The translations under genes and the position numbers were made by a program. Shown here piece by piece: positions 13,701 to 27,115 of a DNA stretch of 64,000 nucleotides (position 1 is the stretch's first letter; each line of letters starts with the position of its first letter). The DNA is from Tubiluchus corallicola (taxonomy: Eukaryota; Animalia; Priapulida): assembly GCA_030141605.1 (NCBI GenBank), contig JAQGDQ010000692.1, positions 1 through 64,000 on the forward strand, given 5' to 3'. Under the pieces are notes generated by a model. That model was not told the origin of the DNA. It did not search any database and saw only the letters and a program-made list of their open reading frames with translations.

Positions 13701-16700
13701 GGAGCTACTTTAAAATTGGATTTTCAGGCTTCCCAGCCTCCTAATACAAAGTATAAACCCTCCATGCTTGAAGGACCCTAGGCTACAGCCTATACTAGCC
13801 TATAGGATAAACCAGCACTGCAAACCGGGCCCCAGAAAGTGCAGTTATGCCACAACTGATAACAGTGATTTTGAACCAACAACTAAGTAAGAAATAGGTT
13901 GATTTTATACCTTAATTGGCCAAGCAGGAAGTGGCATTAGAAAGTTAGTCGAGTATGGATAATTTGCCATCGCTAGGTTCCCGTATATGCCGCTCAGCCA
14001 GGACTTTAATGTGGCTGCATCTACTTTTGATTCTAGTGGTTTACAAGTGCGCATGGCTTCCGACAAGAACTGCAAACCAGCTTCTGAAACAGGTATTGAA
14101 AAATGTAATTAACTCATTTATCTTTGAAGTATTATTTTTACATAGCTCGACATTTTGTAAAGTGGCCTAGTTAGCTTACCCTAATACCAAGGATAATTTC
14201 CAAGATAAGACAGTGAATAAACTTTTTCACAGTTTCAGGGATTAATGATGACCGTGAAAAGGTCAAAGGTTAAGTGTAATACACAACGCATTTGTGTACA
14301 CTTGACAACACCTTGCAGCCCCTGCTGTTGTAATAGTAACAGTTTTAACAGCTAGCTAGAACCTTACCTAGTTTATTTTTTCTTGTTCCCAAGCAAGATC
14401 CGGCTAGGAAAACACTCTGCGCACTCACTAATGCATAATTGAGTAAAGTCCAGGTAAATCAACTGAAGTTACTGAACTGACGTGGCAGGCGGCCTCACTT
14501 TACCCACGTAACGGTTGTAAGTGAGATGCATTGCTGTGGTACACTTAGCCTTTGACCTACAGTAACTGCGCATGCGCACAGCGAAACTGCGAAAGGCTTA
14601 TTACCAGAGGTGTCCCAGCCATATTTGGACACACGTATATCTCTGTCTCAAAGAAAAAAAGCTAGGGCCACTATGGAAGATGAAGCTACCCAGAAACAGT
14701 TTTCTTGGTGGTCATATTACTGAGCAGATTTAGCATTGCTTAACTTTGGTTGCTAAGTATACACAGCTATCGCTTGACTGTTGCTCTAATTTCAAATGTT
14801 ACCAACACCCATTTTTCTTTCCCTCTCTTTCCCTCTTCCCCCTTCCCTTTCCCTTTTCATAAGATAACTAAAAAATGTGGGAAAACAAAAGATAAACAAA
14901 CTAAAATCAATTTTAAAAGCTTAAAGGACAAGTACGCACTAGATTCTGCGAGGTTATTTATCGCCGTCCACGAGTTACGAACGCTGTCGGCACAATTTTT
15001 GCCAGAGCTTGCAAAATCGTTGGTGACTATGCGGTTGAACACATAACATGGAGTGTAGCCAGGAAACTGTATGACTGGCGCCGATGCAGCCAACGCACTG
15101 AAGTACCAACATAAAAACAACCAGCCATTAACATCTGACGTGACATTTTGAAACAATTTTTAGAAAAGAGGCTAGCAATATTAAAAGAAAAACAGAACAC
15201 AAATTCAGAGCAAAAGTCAATGTACGATTTAAAATAAAATATAAAATATTGTTTCCTTTTTAGGAGTGACTTACAATGGAAAATTATCATTTCAGAAGTT
15301 AATATATGTTTAGTCCAGGGGTGTACAAATTATCTGACTAGCCGGGCCACATGAAACTTTCCCGCAATTCCTGCGGGCCACAGGCAGTTTGATCAAGGAG
15401 CCAAGTAGAGAAAGGCCTAATAACGATTTTTTTGCATCCGACCTGCGTACATCATTACTACTACACTCAAGAAACTATTTTAGAAGTTATTAAAATTTAT
15501 ATTACAAACCATATATTTCTACTTTCACGACAGATAGTGGTAATTTCATTACAATGCATATTAGTAATGTGTATCACACAGTCTGTGTAGTACAGTGACA
15601 TTAAGCTACAACCGTCTTGTAAGGGTTAATGGCATCCGATCTAGTAGAAAAAACTACCTGCACTATCTTTGGGATCGTGGCACAGACTTCAGCTGGATAC
15701 GCTCAATTAATCGCCCGAGCCGCACTTTCATTAGGTTGACAAATCTTTTCGCGGGCCGCACAAATTCTCTCGGCGGGCTGCAAGTGGCCCGCGGGCCGCA
15801 ATTTGCACACCCCTGGTTTAGTCCTTAAGTCTTTGCAAGTGAAAAACAAAATCAGTGATTTAACTGAAGCAAAACCGGACTTAATCTAAAACTGCAGATA
15901 AAAACAATCTACTCTTTAAACTATTGAAAGAATTATTACCACACAAACACTATTTCGCGTTCGCGCCAACAGTTCTTCACTACTGTTACATGCATTTCGC
16001 CATTCGCTAGTAGACGGGCACTAGTGCCTGCATTTCGGAAAAGGTTACACAAAAAACAGGTGCTGTACCTCTCAGTTCAGAGGTGTTTGACAACTCATCT
16101 GTGACACAGCGGTAAATTTGAAATTTGAATTTTTATCTTAAAACATGCCTTAAAACACTTTTAGAACAACACACTGAATGTCTTACAGTAGCATTGTACT
16201 TCTCTGTGCCTAAACTCAATCATAACGAAGTGACTGAACAACAACTTCAAAAATGATTTTCACACAGTCCCCATGTACAGCTAAACTACAACTAGCTTTA
16301 CCATAAGTATGAAATCAACATGAAATAACAAAACAAAGTTAAAATAATGTTTTTTGCACTACCATGAGAAGCAGGCAACAAATAATAGATCACAAAAATT
16401 AAGATTATCAATAGTCATACCCTACTACCACATGTGGATATTTAATTCTCAGCCAAGCGGCCAGCATTCCACCGTAAGAGCCGCCGAATGCGACTACGGG
16501 GCTGTTCTGTGCACCGGGGGTTGACGATTTGATGTGCTCCACCAAAACTGCATAATCTGCGAGCGCTTGCTCCGACGTGAACGGACCCAAATGCTTCGGA
16601 TCCTACGGAATAAAAAGACACTCGTCGAATTAAATCGAGTTTCTCTTCATACACTTAGGCAATCTACGCAAACGGGTGTAGTGAGACCAGAACTTATATT

Positions 16701-19700
16701 GCTACCATTTCGTCTAAATGGGACACTGGAGCAGGTGAAGTAGTTTGGTCACATATGGTTGCATATACATCTTCCCTCTACGAGGTAAATAACCATGAGC
16801 AATGAAATCCGCTGCTCACCTTTCTATTCACTGGCCGGGCCTGGCACAGCTTAACTTTGCAGAGGCAGATGCAGGATTTTCGAAAGGGATGTGACCTAGC
16901 TTAAAGCCCAGGAAACCAGGTTCACCGGCCGCTCAACTACGGTGTCTGGGAAAAATGCATTTTACTGAACCTTGTGAAGCATATCTGTTGATAGAACTTT
17001 AGAAGTGAATAGTAAATTTTTTTGAACATTTGTGTTTGAGTTTGTAAGTTACACGGATGAGAATGACAAATTGCAAAAAATTCTGAAACAGGCCGGGGTT
17101 TTGGGGCCGCGTAGACCATAGAGAACCTCCAAGTGGACTTAAAATATCAATTACCTTGTTTCATGCATAATTTAAAATACCCAACTATCAAGGATACATT
17201 ATAACCTAATTGTCTCAAAAACGCCTAAGTACTGGCCGCTCCTATGCAAAATTATATAAAAATGTCTGCAATTGACTCAAATAACTCCGCACAATTGATT
17301 CTATATTTTTATACATAGAGATATACACGTGGTTACACTGATGTACGTGATATAAACAAAGTGACGACCTGCCAACTAGCGGTCAGCTTGTGAAATAATG
17401 TACTGGGTCCGTAAAAATTTTCTCAACGAATTTACCTGATTTACAAAAATGGCACTACTGGTCTTCCAAAAACTCGGAATTCCGCGTATCCGCGCAAAAT
17501 TCTCATTCCTGAAGTTATTATTATTATTTTATTATCATTATTTATGGATCATTGCAGCTCGAATATAACCAAAAATCACAACAAAATACAATTATTTAAA
17601 TTACGCAAATTAGTTCCAATACTAAAGGGACAACATAGTGCAGCATATCATACAGTACAATAATGTAAGTGTAAACATTAGTACTAAACTTTACGTACTT
17701 ATAACAATAACAATAAACAGAATGTTCAAAATTATAAAAAAACATTACGAGTTTTGGTAGGGATGGAAGCAAGTTTTAAAAGTAGTTAAGTGCTCACCAT
17801 GCAGCATCTATTTCTTGTTGACAAACTATTATGTAGTTTAGTAACTATGTTAGTACACTTCTGTTAAATTTTTGTAATTATATATGGAATTTTTTCCCTA
17901 ACTATATCATGCTATAGTATACTAATGTAGTTCTGTTACAATTATTGCAACTATATTTCATTTTCTAGTTATAGGGCATAATAGTTAAAGATAATAATGC
18001 AAATTGTAATGTAAAAATACATGCTGAAGTGATAATAAATTACAATTACAATAAATTACAATTACAATAAGTTAAGGTGCATTTTCAACTTCAAATGTCA
18101 TAGGGGCAACTTTATTACTCGACACGTAATTTGGGCCGCAATTTGCACACCCCTGCTTTAGAACAAAGTCTCTGCCACTAAACGAAGGCACGATATTCAG
18201 TCTTAATTCAACATTGAATATTTTATAACTTCACACTGGCCCTCATAATTGCAGAAGAGTTATTTACAAAATTATTTACCTCGTACGACGCGTTTCCGTA
18301 CGGCATCGAGTTCCCGTAATAACGATGTTCGGCAAAAACAAGCATGGCTTTAAACTGTGGTGCAATGTCAAACATGAAACCCTATAACAAATTTGAAATG
18401 ATAAAGGTTCGCTCGTTGTTGAAATGTTCGCTCGTAAAAATTGTTTAAATTGTACATCTAATTCACTTTGTGTCATTTTTTTCCTCTCACTTACATCTTT
18501 ATATCATATTTCAGTTACTGTACTTTCTTGAACTTTGTCTAAAAACCATTGAGTGCTTTTTCTGCACATGTGCTTCAACTTAGTTGCTTCTGTACTCAGC
18601 CCTCATATTCTGGAAACACTGTCACAAATTCACTCAAGTTAAAGAACATTGAGTGCTTTTTCTGCATGTGTGCTTCAACTTAGTTACATCTGTACTCAGC
18701 CCTCATATTCTGGAAACACTTTCACAAATTCACTCAAGTTTAAAAACATTGAGTGCTTTTTCTGCATGTGTGCTTCAACTTAGTTACATCTGTACTTAGC
18801 CCTCATATTCTGGAAACACTGTCACAAATTCACTCAAGTTAAAGAACATTGAGTGCTTTTTCTGCATGTGTGCTTCAACTTAGTTACATCTGTACTCAGC
18901 CCTCATATTCTGGAAACACTTTCACAAATTCACTCAAGTTTAAAAACATTGAGTGCTTTTTCTGCATGTGTGCTTCAACTTAGTTACATCTGTACTTAGC
19001 CCTCATATTCTGGAAACACTGTCACAAATTCACTCAAGTTAAAGAACATTGAGTGCTTTTTCTGCACGTGTGCTTCAACTTAGTTGCTTCTGTACTCAGC
19101 CCTCATATTCTGGAAACACTTTCACAAATTCACTCAAGTTTAAAAACATTGAGTGCTTTTTCTGCATGTGTGCTTCAACTTAGTTACATCTGTACTTAGC
19201 CCTCATATTCTGGAAACACTTTCACAAATTCACTCAAGTTAAAGAACATCGAGTGCTTTTTCTGCACGCGTGCTTCAACTTAGTTACATCTGTACTTAGT
19301 CCTCATATTCTAGAAACACTTTCACAAATTCACTCAAGTTGAAAAAACAGGAATTGTGAATCATATTATATTACTAGACAGTGTGAGGTCATTCGTTCAA
19401 AATGTACATTACAATAATTAATGCAGTGCCAAAACATGAAATCATGCATTTGAAATATATAATGCATTACTTTAAAATGTCATATATCACTGTAGGAAAT
19501 ACAAAATCTGATTATCTATGTAAGATTCTTGTTCATAAATAGTACAACATATATTATGAAGTAAAAGTTATTTATAAGAAATCTTTAGTTTCAAAGACTT
19601 TTATAAATTTGTATCTTTTATTAATTGAAAACAGTTAATACTGCCTCCTTTCACATGGTCATACAACCGCTACAAATTCATTAATCTTTAAATAAGAGCA

Positions 19701-22700
19701 AACGCGTAAAAGACACCATGGTCGTACGTTGCCCTCACATTTGGCTCACTTCCATTACTTCTTTTATCTTATTACTGTGTTCACCCATGTGTGCGAAATA
19801 AATGATCTATTTATCTATCTAAAAAAAAGGAAAGTCAATCTTTTTAAGTAAGACGAATAAATGTCCATTTTCATAACTTTCAAGCAATAAAGGCAAGAGA
19901 AGAGTGTTAAAAATAATAAAACACCTGCCTGCAGTTTTCCTTGGTCTTCCTTTTTAAAATTCGTCACAAGACGTTTCATACTGCAAAGGCATTTGGCATA
20001 TGGAAAGTTGATTGTTTTATACCCAGACAAGCGAATACCAAAATGCTAAGTTTGTGATTCAAGATATCACAGTGCTGCTCAAACTTTAGCTTGCTTTTTA
20101 CCTATCCTACGTCCACTGTCACCTTAATTGCAACTAGAAAATTTAACAAAGCTATATAAGTTAAGTTACTGTGTTTTCCATGAAGAGCACAATGTCGCCT
20201 TCATTGCCGGTGTAAAGAAAAATGGGTCCACCTTCATGGTCCCAATGGTCATCATTGACTAAGTATCGAAGCTGGAAAACATCATCATTGGCAAAGCTAA
20301 AATGATCCACCTAAACAAAATATGATATATAATTAGAAGCTGAAGCTGAGTCAGTTGCTACTACATCAGTTGACTCACACAGTAAATCAGCTAGCTCGGC
20401 TGAAGCTGAGTCAGTTGCTACTACATCAGTTGACTCACACAGTAAATAAGCTAGCATGGCTGAAGCTGAGTCAGTTGCTACTACATCAGTTGACTCACAC
20501 AGTAAATTACCTAGCTCGTCTGAAACTGAGTCAGTTGCTACTACATCAGCTGACTCACACAGTAAATCAGCTAGCTCGGCTGAAGCTGAGTCAGTTGCTA
20601 CTACATCAGTTGACTCACACAGTAAGTAAACTAGCATGGCTGAAGCTGAGTCAGTTGCTACTACATCAGTTGACTCACACAGTAAATCAGCTAGCTCGGC
20701 TGAAGCTGAGTCAGTTGCTACTACATCAGTTGACTCACACAGTAAATCAGCTAGCTCGGCTGAAGCTGAGTCAGTTGCTACTACATCAGGTGACTCACAC
20801 AATAAATCAGCTAGCTCGGCTGAAGCTGAGTCAGTTGCTACTACATCAGTTGACTCACACAGTAAATCAGCTAGCTCGTCTGAAACTAAGTCAGTTGCTA
20901 CTACATCAGCTGACTCACACAATAAATCAGCTAGCTCGGCTGAAGCTGAGTCAGTTGCTACTACATCAGTTGACTCACACAGTAAGTAAGCTAGCATGGC
21001 TGAAGCTGAGTCAGTTGCTACTACATCAGTTGACTCACACAGTAAAAATCAGCTAGCTCGACTGAAGCTGAGTCAGTTACTACTACACCAACTGACTCAC
21101 ACAGTAAATCAGCTAGCTTGGCTGAAACTAAGTCAGTTGCTACTACATCAGCTGATTCACACAGTAAATCTTGTCTTGATTACAGACGAATTAATACCAA
21201 AACAACAAAATAATCACCATACGTGAGACTAACGTTGCCCATTTGTGTACTTAATTTTGAATTGACCAGCTTTCTCGTTCAAAAATTTCTAAAATTTAAT
21301 GGCTCTGCCAGCACACGCACAATCTGACCGCGAATCCACAATGCGTTAGCCATATTTCAACAAGTGATTTGCAGTGTCAAGTGATTATTGCAAAAGCGAA
21401 AATCTTCGCAGCCGGCAAAAATGTCGGCCAGCTCGACTCCCAATCACTGAGTGGCCGGCGCGACTAAAGCTGGGTTCCTTAACCTAGGTCGCCTGTAGAA
21501 ACAAACCGGCTGGCGCTCAGCTGAAACGACGCGGCTCTGGGCTCTATATATAAATAACCAAAAAATACCATTGTTTCGTGTGAATTTTTAAAGGGCTATA
21601 CCTGAAAAGGGGTACCTGGAATAGGTTTCAGAAAAATCACCTTAAAAATTATGTTACTTTATAGTAATTTTATGCATGTATCGTACTCGCGTTGAAAGAA
21701 TTTTTTGTTTTCATTTTAAATCTCCCGTAATACTGTTCCAACCGCACCATTACATGACGTCATATACGCACAACGTAAATCAGGGGAAGAAAACGAAATG
21801 TTAAACTATGTCCTAGAAAACTTTCCATGCAAAGTTATGTTGCTTAACATTTCGCTTACCTGTTTGAAAGACTTACGTAACTAGAAAAGAAAATTATTAA
21901 TTATTTAAAATGCTTTAACCAATTGGTAAAATGTCATTGACTTACCTTCAAGATACATCACTCACTAACAAAAAACACATTTTTATCTTATTGAGCAGAT
22001 GCAGTAATTAAAATTTTACTTACTTAGTGACATGTGCGCTACGAATGCTCTGATTATTTTTTCAAACTTTAAACAATGTTTCTAAACTTGTTTCAAATAA
22101 CTTATCGTCGAAATGGCAGCATCTAACAGTCATCGCGGGAGTTTAAATTTACATGTTTTATACAGCGTTACTGCCGACGCAAGCCCTGCATGCAAAAAGA
22201 CAGTATGTTATTGGTATAAAATTTCAAGACAAATTTTTTAAGCTTTATTACACTCAAGCCGTAAGTAGAGATTTATCTTAAATAAAGCTGCATGTACACT
22301 CTAATTAAGAAGAGCAATGCAAAAGCATAAATTTCAGTAATACTGTATAAACTACTGTATCATATAATTCAGGTAGCATACTAGCTACACTAGACTTTCG
22401 TCAAATTTCCACTTTATTTTGTTTATTCTGAGTTTTCTTTATCTGTCAATCTCCTCATGCAGTCATACAGGTAATTTTTTGTGCTTTAACTATCTGCCTA
22501 TTTATTTTACCTCAGATCATCAAAAATCGCTCTGTAATTTTTTACATTATTATGATATATTATGACTCCATTATGCATTCGCTTGCTTATGTCTAAGAAT
22601 TATGCTTGTGTTATAAAGTCTATTTCAGTTGCCATTGTTATTATGTTTCTGTTGTCAGATTTTTATTTCAGTTATTTTCAGTTTGATTTTTTTTTTATTA

Positions 22701-24505
22701 TGCACTTATTATTACTGTGTATGAATTGTACTAAAACGTTATAAGCATATCAATTTAATGTCATTCGTAACAATTTAATTTTTATATATAAGCAGTACTA
22801 ACACTAATACACTGTAGCATAGAGCTTATAAAAATGTTCATGACTAACCAAAGGGCAGCTGACTAGATGACGAATTGGTCTTTCGCTGCCCTTTCTTCAC
22901 ATTTTTGTTTCCAAATTAATTGTATTATAACTGTGCGTGTGTTACAAGATAAATAAAAAGACTATTATTATTATTTATATTGTGCAGAATATGAACGCAT
23001 CCTTCAAACAACAAGGTATGAAGCGAAGTAAATGAGCTTTCTGTTTCTGGAATATGTGAGTCTTTTAGGTTGTGTAAGTACTCCACATGTAAGAATGTAA
23101 GAATGCCACATGCTTGCTTCACTTTACGCCTATTATTTTTGCTAGAAGGCTGTGTTATATTTATGTTAAACTTTTGTTAGCAATTTATGTTTATATATGT
23201 AGCTTTGATTCAAGCTGTTTTCTTGTTTGCGTTTTGTTTTGCTTAGCTTTGAGCTGATTTTTTGGTTTGCTTTGCTTTGAGCTGATTTATGACTTTTGTT
23301 CGTCTTTGGATCGTTCGATATAAGATATTTACGCTTTGATATTTTTTATTTGCTTTTTCGTTTGCTCCTATAAAAAATTCTATTGCTAAAAAAGGAGCAG
23401 CTGAGTTAGTGACCAATTGGTCTTTTGCTGCACCTACTCAAATATTATTGAAATTTTCTACTTCTAGTCTACATATAGTCTATTTAGTCACATACTCAAA
23501 TTTCACTACATATTTTGTTTGCTCCATTTTTCTGCACTAGTTCTTGCGTTGCATAGTATTTTATCATTACGCTTAATTTGACACGATTGCACATCTTTGC
23601 TTCATTATATTTTGTTTGAGTTTATTATACATATTTTGTTTCTTTCACTGATTTCTGATTTATTATTTTTTTGGTTTGACTTTTTTCTAGTTTTTTGTTT
23701 TAATCGGTTAGTTAAATGTTTACATATTTTGTTAATATTCATTTCATATTTTTCATTTTATTTCTTTGTTGCATAGCTTACTTAGTTATTTTGCTTTCAT
23801 GTTTAATGTATCCCTCCAAAAATTCATGTTAACAGCAGCACCACAAATTTTTTACAATTTTCACTAACCTGAGAAGGGTAGCTGACTCGATGACCAACTG
23901 GTCTTTCGCTACCCTTTCTCCTGCACCCCCTTAACTCTTTCCTTTATGCTTAATTTATCCTTTTTAATCAATAACTAAAAAAATAATAATCAATTTGTAT
24001 GCAGGTGTAAATGAGGAGATAAATAAAAATGTCTATGTCTATGTTCTATAATATAATGCGAAATGAAAGTTCAGGAAATAAAATTAATTGCATTGACTAC
24101 TGATTGAAAATGAACTATTTTTACTACACACAGTCCCAGTTTTAACAACTATATTAGTAGTGGCTAAGAAATCAGGAAGAACTTAATTATGCAGCTGATA
24201 ATTAGTTTTTCTGAAGTACTAAGAAGGGACAATAAATTAATGCGAAGAAATTTATTAAACTGCAAACTTTTCTGAACATTAGTTGCTCATTTATTGTGTA
24301 CAGTAAAAAGAATGAAGAAAATCCCAAGTATTTTCGATAATACAGCCATTTGTACCTGCATCGATATGTATTTCGTAGCATAGTTATACGGTTTGTTATC
24401 CTCAGAAACACCCACATTCAAGTCTTCTATCGCTGAAGCAGGCAGTACCACGAGAAGAAACGTAAATGTAACTATAAAAAATGTGTAAAATTCGCGCAAA
24501 ACCAT
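7792..24505 (-). CDS. PRCP: Lysosomal Pro-X carboxypeptidase (peptidase S28), 9 coding exons, ~500 aa
   Basis: Exons 24505-24356 (signal peptide), 20310-20170 (VDHFSFAN...GPIFLYTGNEGDI), 18381-18280 (GFMFDIAP...FAEHRYYG), 16602-16421 (SEQALADY...GGSYGGML), 15097-14940, 14083-13911 (NYPYSTNFLMPLPAWP), 12427-12263, 10492-10305 (ACTEMVMP), 8035-7792 (NGKLDPWS...AHHLDLR). All GT-AG, phases consistent, 1503 nt total; Ser/Asp/His triad present. Confidence 0.96.
8113..8738. repeat. Minisatellite, 53-54-bp unit x~12 (PRCP intron 8)
   Basis: TTGGGTTAATTTATGCGCCGGTTAACTGAAACTTCTTGAAAGTAAATCACAA repeated head to tail. Confidence 0.97.
9491..9667. mobile_element. Small degenerate MITE (Harbinger-like ends)
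   Basis: GTCACTTTCACACTAGCGAGTTTT is inverted relative to AAAACTCGCGAGTCTGAATGTGCC. Confidence 0.5.
10564..10977 (+). mobile_element. Family C TIR element, copy 2
   Basis: CAGGGATGAGAAT...ATTCTCATCCCTG, TSD ATTCTG. Confidence 0.9.
11052..11356 (-). mobile_element. TIR element family D, copy 1
   Basis: Ends CATATCTCGGTTTGCTGG / CCAGTAAACCGAGATATG; interior is the reverse complement of 50101-50457. Confidence 0.7.
14216..14602 (+). mobile_element. Family B TIR element, copy 2
   Basis: Homologous throughout to 1219-1604. Confidence 0.85.
15316..15815 (+). mobile_element. hAT-type MITE family A, copy 1
   Basis: TIR CAGGGGTGT(A/G)CAAATT / AATTTGCACACCCCTG; 8-bp TSD GTTTAGTC; copies at 29064-29532 and 56842-57286. 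Confidence 0.92.
15865..16200 (+). mobile_element. Partial copy of dispersed repeat family F
   Basis: AAGCAAAACCGGAC...AAACTG start and interior shared with 49270-49880 and (reverse) 30832-31377. Confidence 0.65.
17052..17511 (+). mobile_element. Family C TIR element, copy 3
   Basis: CACGGATGAGAAT...ATTCTCATTCCTG, TSD AAGTTA. Confidence 0.9.
18547..19345. repeat. Tandem repeat, 100-bp unit x8 (PRCP intron 2)
   Basis: CATTGAGTGCTTTTTCTGCA recurs at 18547, 18647, 18747 and so on. Confidence 0.97.
20338..21170. repeat. Minisatellite, 60-bp unit x~14 (PRCP intron 1)
   Basis: TGAAGCTGAGTCAGTTGCTACTACATCAGTTGACTCACACAGTAAATCAGCTAGCTCGGC in register with the 60-nt lines. Confidence 0.97.
22479..22931 (+). 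mobile_element. Dispersed repeat (LINE 3'-end-like), inverted copy of 7282-7760
   Basis: Reverse-complement match; stem-loop at 22851-22893. Confidence 0.75.
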
Positions 24506-26054
24506 TTTTCTAGAAAACAATGCTCGATTTACCAGAAAAAATTACGAAAGACACAACGATTAGTAAGTACAAAACTCTAAAAATAGACCTAACAACAAAT
24601 CTGAAAGCCATAAACTCTATGAACACACGTGAGACTCGAGGGTCAGCTTCCAGGATCAACTAACCGCCTAGATAAACTATAATAATATTATCGTTGGACA
24701 GGGGAGGTCAGCCACAGTTATTATCACTGGTCCCCAATCACTCCTCAAACTCGACGAACACATCTTGAAGGACCGTGGAGGCTGAATGACCCAAGACAGG
24801 CTTTTGAGACGTCTGCAAGTTGTGTTGTAGGATCTTCAGATTAGGGCCAGTTACTTGATTAATTAATGAAGAACAGTTCATATTCAAAAGTTTCTTCCAT
24901 GTGCAAGTTGTTAGGCTTATAGTGATGGCATAACGATTTATCTTAATATATAACATGATGTAATGAAGCAGTGACAACGTAAAACACAGAATTAAAAAAA
25001 TGTGCAATGAAACCAGCAGGAGCTAACCCCAAAATTTCTCTGATGGGTGTTTATAATATACCTGTCCAGTTTTTATTTTTGGCATTCTTTGTCCTGAATC
25101 AATAAATGAATCAAATAACCAACCAACCGACTAACATAGCTACCAACCATATAATCAGAGTCAATCAGTCAATTAATACTCAATTAGTAACTTAATTAGT
25201 CAGTTAGTCGACCAGTCCGACAGTCAATCAGTCAGCTGCCCACCTGTCAGCCAGCCAGACGATTGGTTGATCAATCAATCATTCAGTCAATTAATATGTC
25301 AATTAACAAATAAACCAAACAGCCAATCACCAACAAATCAATACTGTACGAATTAACAATAATACATCATTTTACTCATCTTTAAGTTGTTCATAAATCA
25401 TAATTAAATTTTACTATGCAGTAAAATACAATAAAACTATGACGACACGCTAAGCAGAACCAAAGTTGCAAAACAAACAAAGCAAAAACTGCCTATAAAG
25501 CGAATTATTATAATGTGCAGCTATATTAAAAGCATAATTATTATTGCACATATAGGCAGGTATTTAGTTGTAAAGTGAAAATGTAAATGTAAACGTGTAA
25601 TGTAATGTTGTAACTTAGTAGATATTGTTAGCTATAAAAACGCTCTGTTTCAGGCAAAACAACCTTTAATCACGCATGGGTGAAAGTTACACCAATGGAA
25701 GCTAATTAATTACATTGCTGTGACAGCAACAGAAATAGGAAAGGTGAACGACAGCTGCTGCAGCCGCTACAGGCTATAATAGAACTGCCACATGTCTGCG
25801 ATTCCAAGCTCGCCACGTCGTGTAGTGTTGCCATTATCGTAGGTAACCAAAATTAACCAAAATTGGCGAGCAGCAGAAGCGAAATGTAACTGAAGTACTA
25901 AAGCGGATTGCCAGGATAGCGAAACGTATGGCAACTTGACAAACAAAAAAATTTATAAATGGCCAGCAAAAATACTGATAATTTCTTTAAAAAATTGTTC
26001 GCAGAAATTGCAGCTAAACTGTGCTTATATATTGCATGATGTTTCAAAGGTTTC

Positions 26055-26492
26055 CAGTGGCGGATTTAGGGGGTGGGCCCACCCTTTCATAGTAGCAGTT
26101 ACAGCACACCAAGTGAATATTTTCCCTGGATTATAAGCTTTACAAAGTTTAGTTGTAGCTTTTAATCACTTATATCGAGTAAAAAGTTCTGCATTAATGA
26201 TTTCAGTGTAAAAACGTTTGTGCCCTTTAAGCGATAATCGAAGTTTTTGGCAAAGATATCGCTGTGCGCAATTATATGCCATACTAGGGTGTATACTAAT
26301 ATACTGGTGTGTAATTAAGAGTCAAAAGTTTGAGGTGACATAATGGGTCTTAAACTATTGAATTTGCTTATGAAAATGGTAAGAAAAATGGTCTAAAGTG
26401 CTGCAAAATGCATTGGTAGCCGGGATTGCCCAGACTCGCTAGCTGCTTTTTCGTTTGGCCCACCCTTTTTCTAAAGCCTGTATCCGCCGCTG
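26055..26492. mobile_element. MITE with GC-rich TIRs between PRCP and PDIA3
   Basis: CAGTGGCGGATTTAGG...GGCCCACCC versus GGCCCACCC...CCTGTATCCGCCGCTG. Confidence 0.65.
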
Positions 26493-27115
26493 GTTTTAAT
26501 ATTGTAGAACGTATGTAGTTTAAGAGGTGAATTATTCGAATCTATAATTTTAGGTATGAATCAAATTTTGGCATTTGTAATAATTCCGTTGCTTAATTTG
26601 GTTCTATTTATTTTTCATTGTTTGCACGTATTATTACAATTGGGTTTTCATTAATTTTGCTTCTTTATGTTGGGGATTGTTGCTGTTGTTTTGATTTTGT
26701 TTGCTAAAATTTGTATTGTTTGCTAAATACCTTTAAGTATGCAACCGTTATGATTTTTTGTGTGGAATTGTTCTTTATAAATAAGCTTAGTAATATTGCA
26801 AATTAACCATCATAACATAGGATGACAGCATATGGTCTTTCTGCCATTCCGTCTCGCAAATTATGTTTGGAAGTTGGAAGTTGTTGTTATATTTGAGCAG
26901 GTCGTTTGCAAAGAGATATTAAATAACTGTGTTTGGCCACTTCAGTGGCCAAAACAACTCGGTTTTTGGCGATAACTGAATATTGCATTATAATATCTGA
27001 AACGTTAAAGCGGCAACACTGTGCTGAACGTCGGATCACATACAAACGCCACGTGTTTTCGGTGTTTGGTTGTTTTACTGGAATTTTGGAGTTGTAAAAT
27101 TGTACTAATCTAGAA

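Noticed and set aside
20311-21226. Long ORFs (228, 233, 117 aa) on both strands
   Set aside because: Products of a 60-bp (multiple of 3) minisatellite inside PRCP intron 1; PRCP splices correctly without them and the Ser/Ala-rich frame has stops in several units.
25690-27060. ER-stress elements upstream of PDIA3
   Set aside because: CCACG cores (25812, 27049) lack a CCAAT at the 9-nt ERSE spacing; partial matches only.
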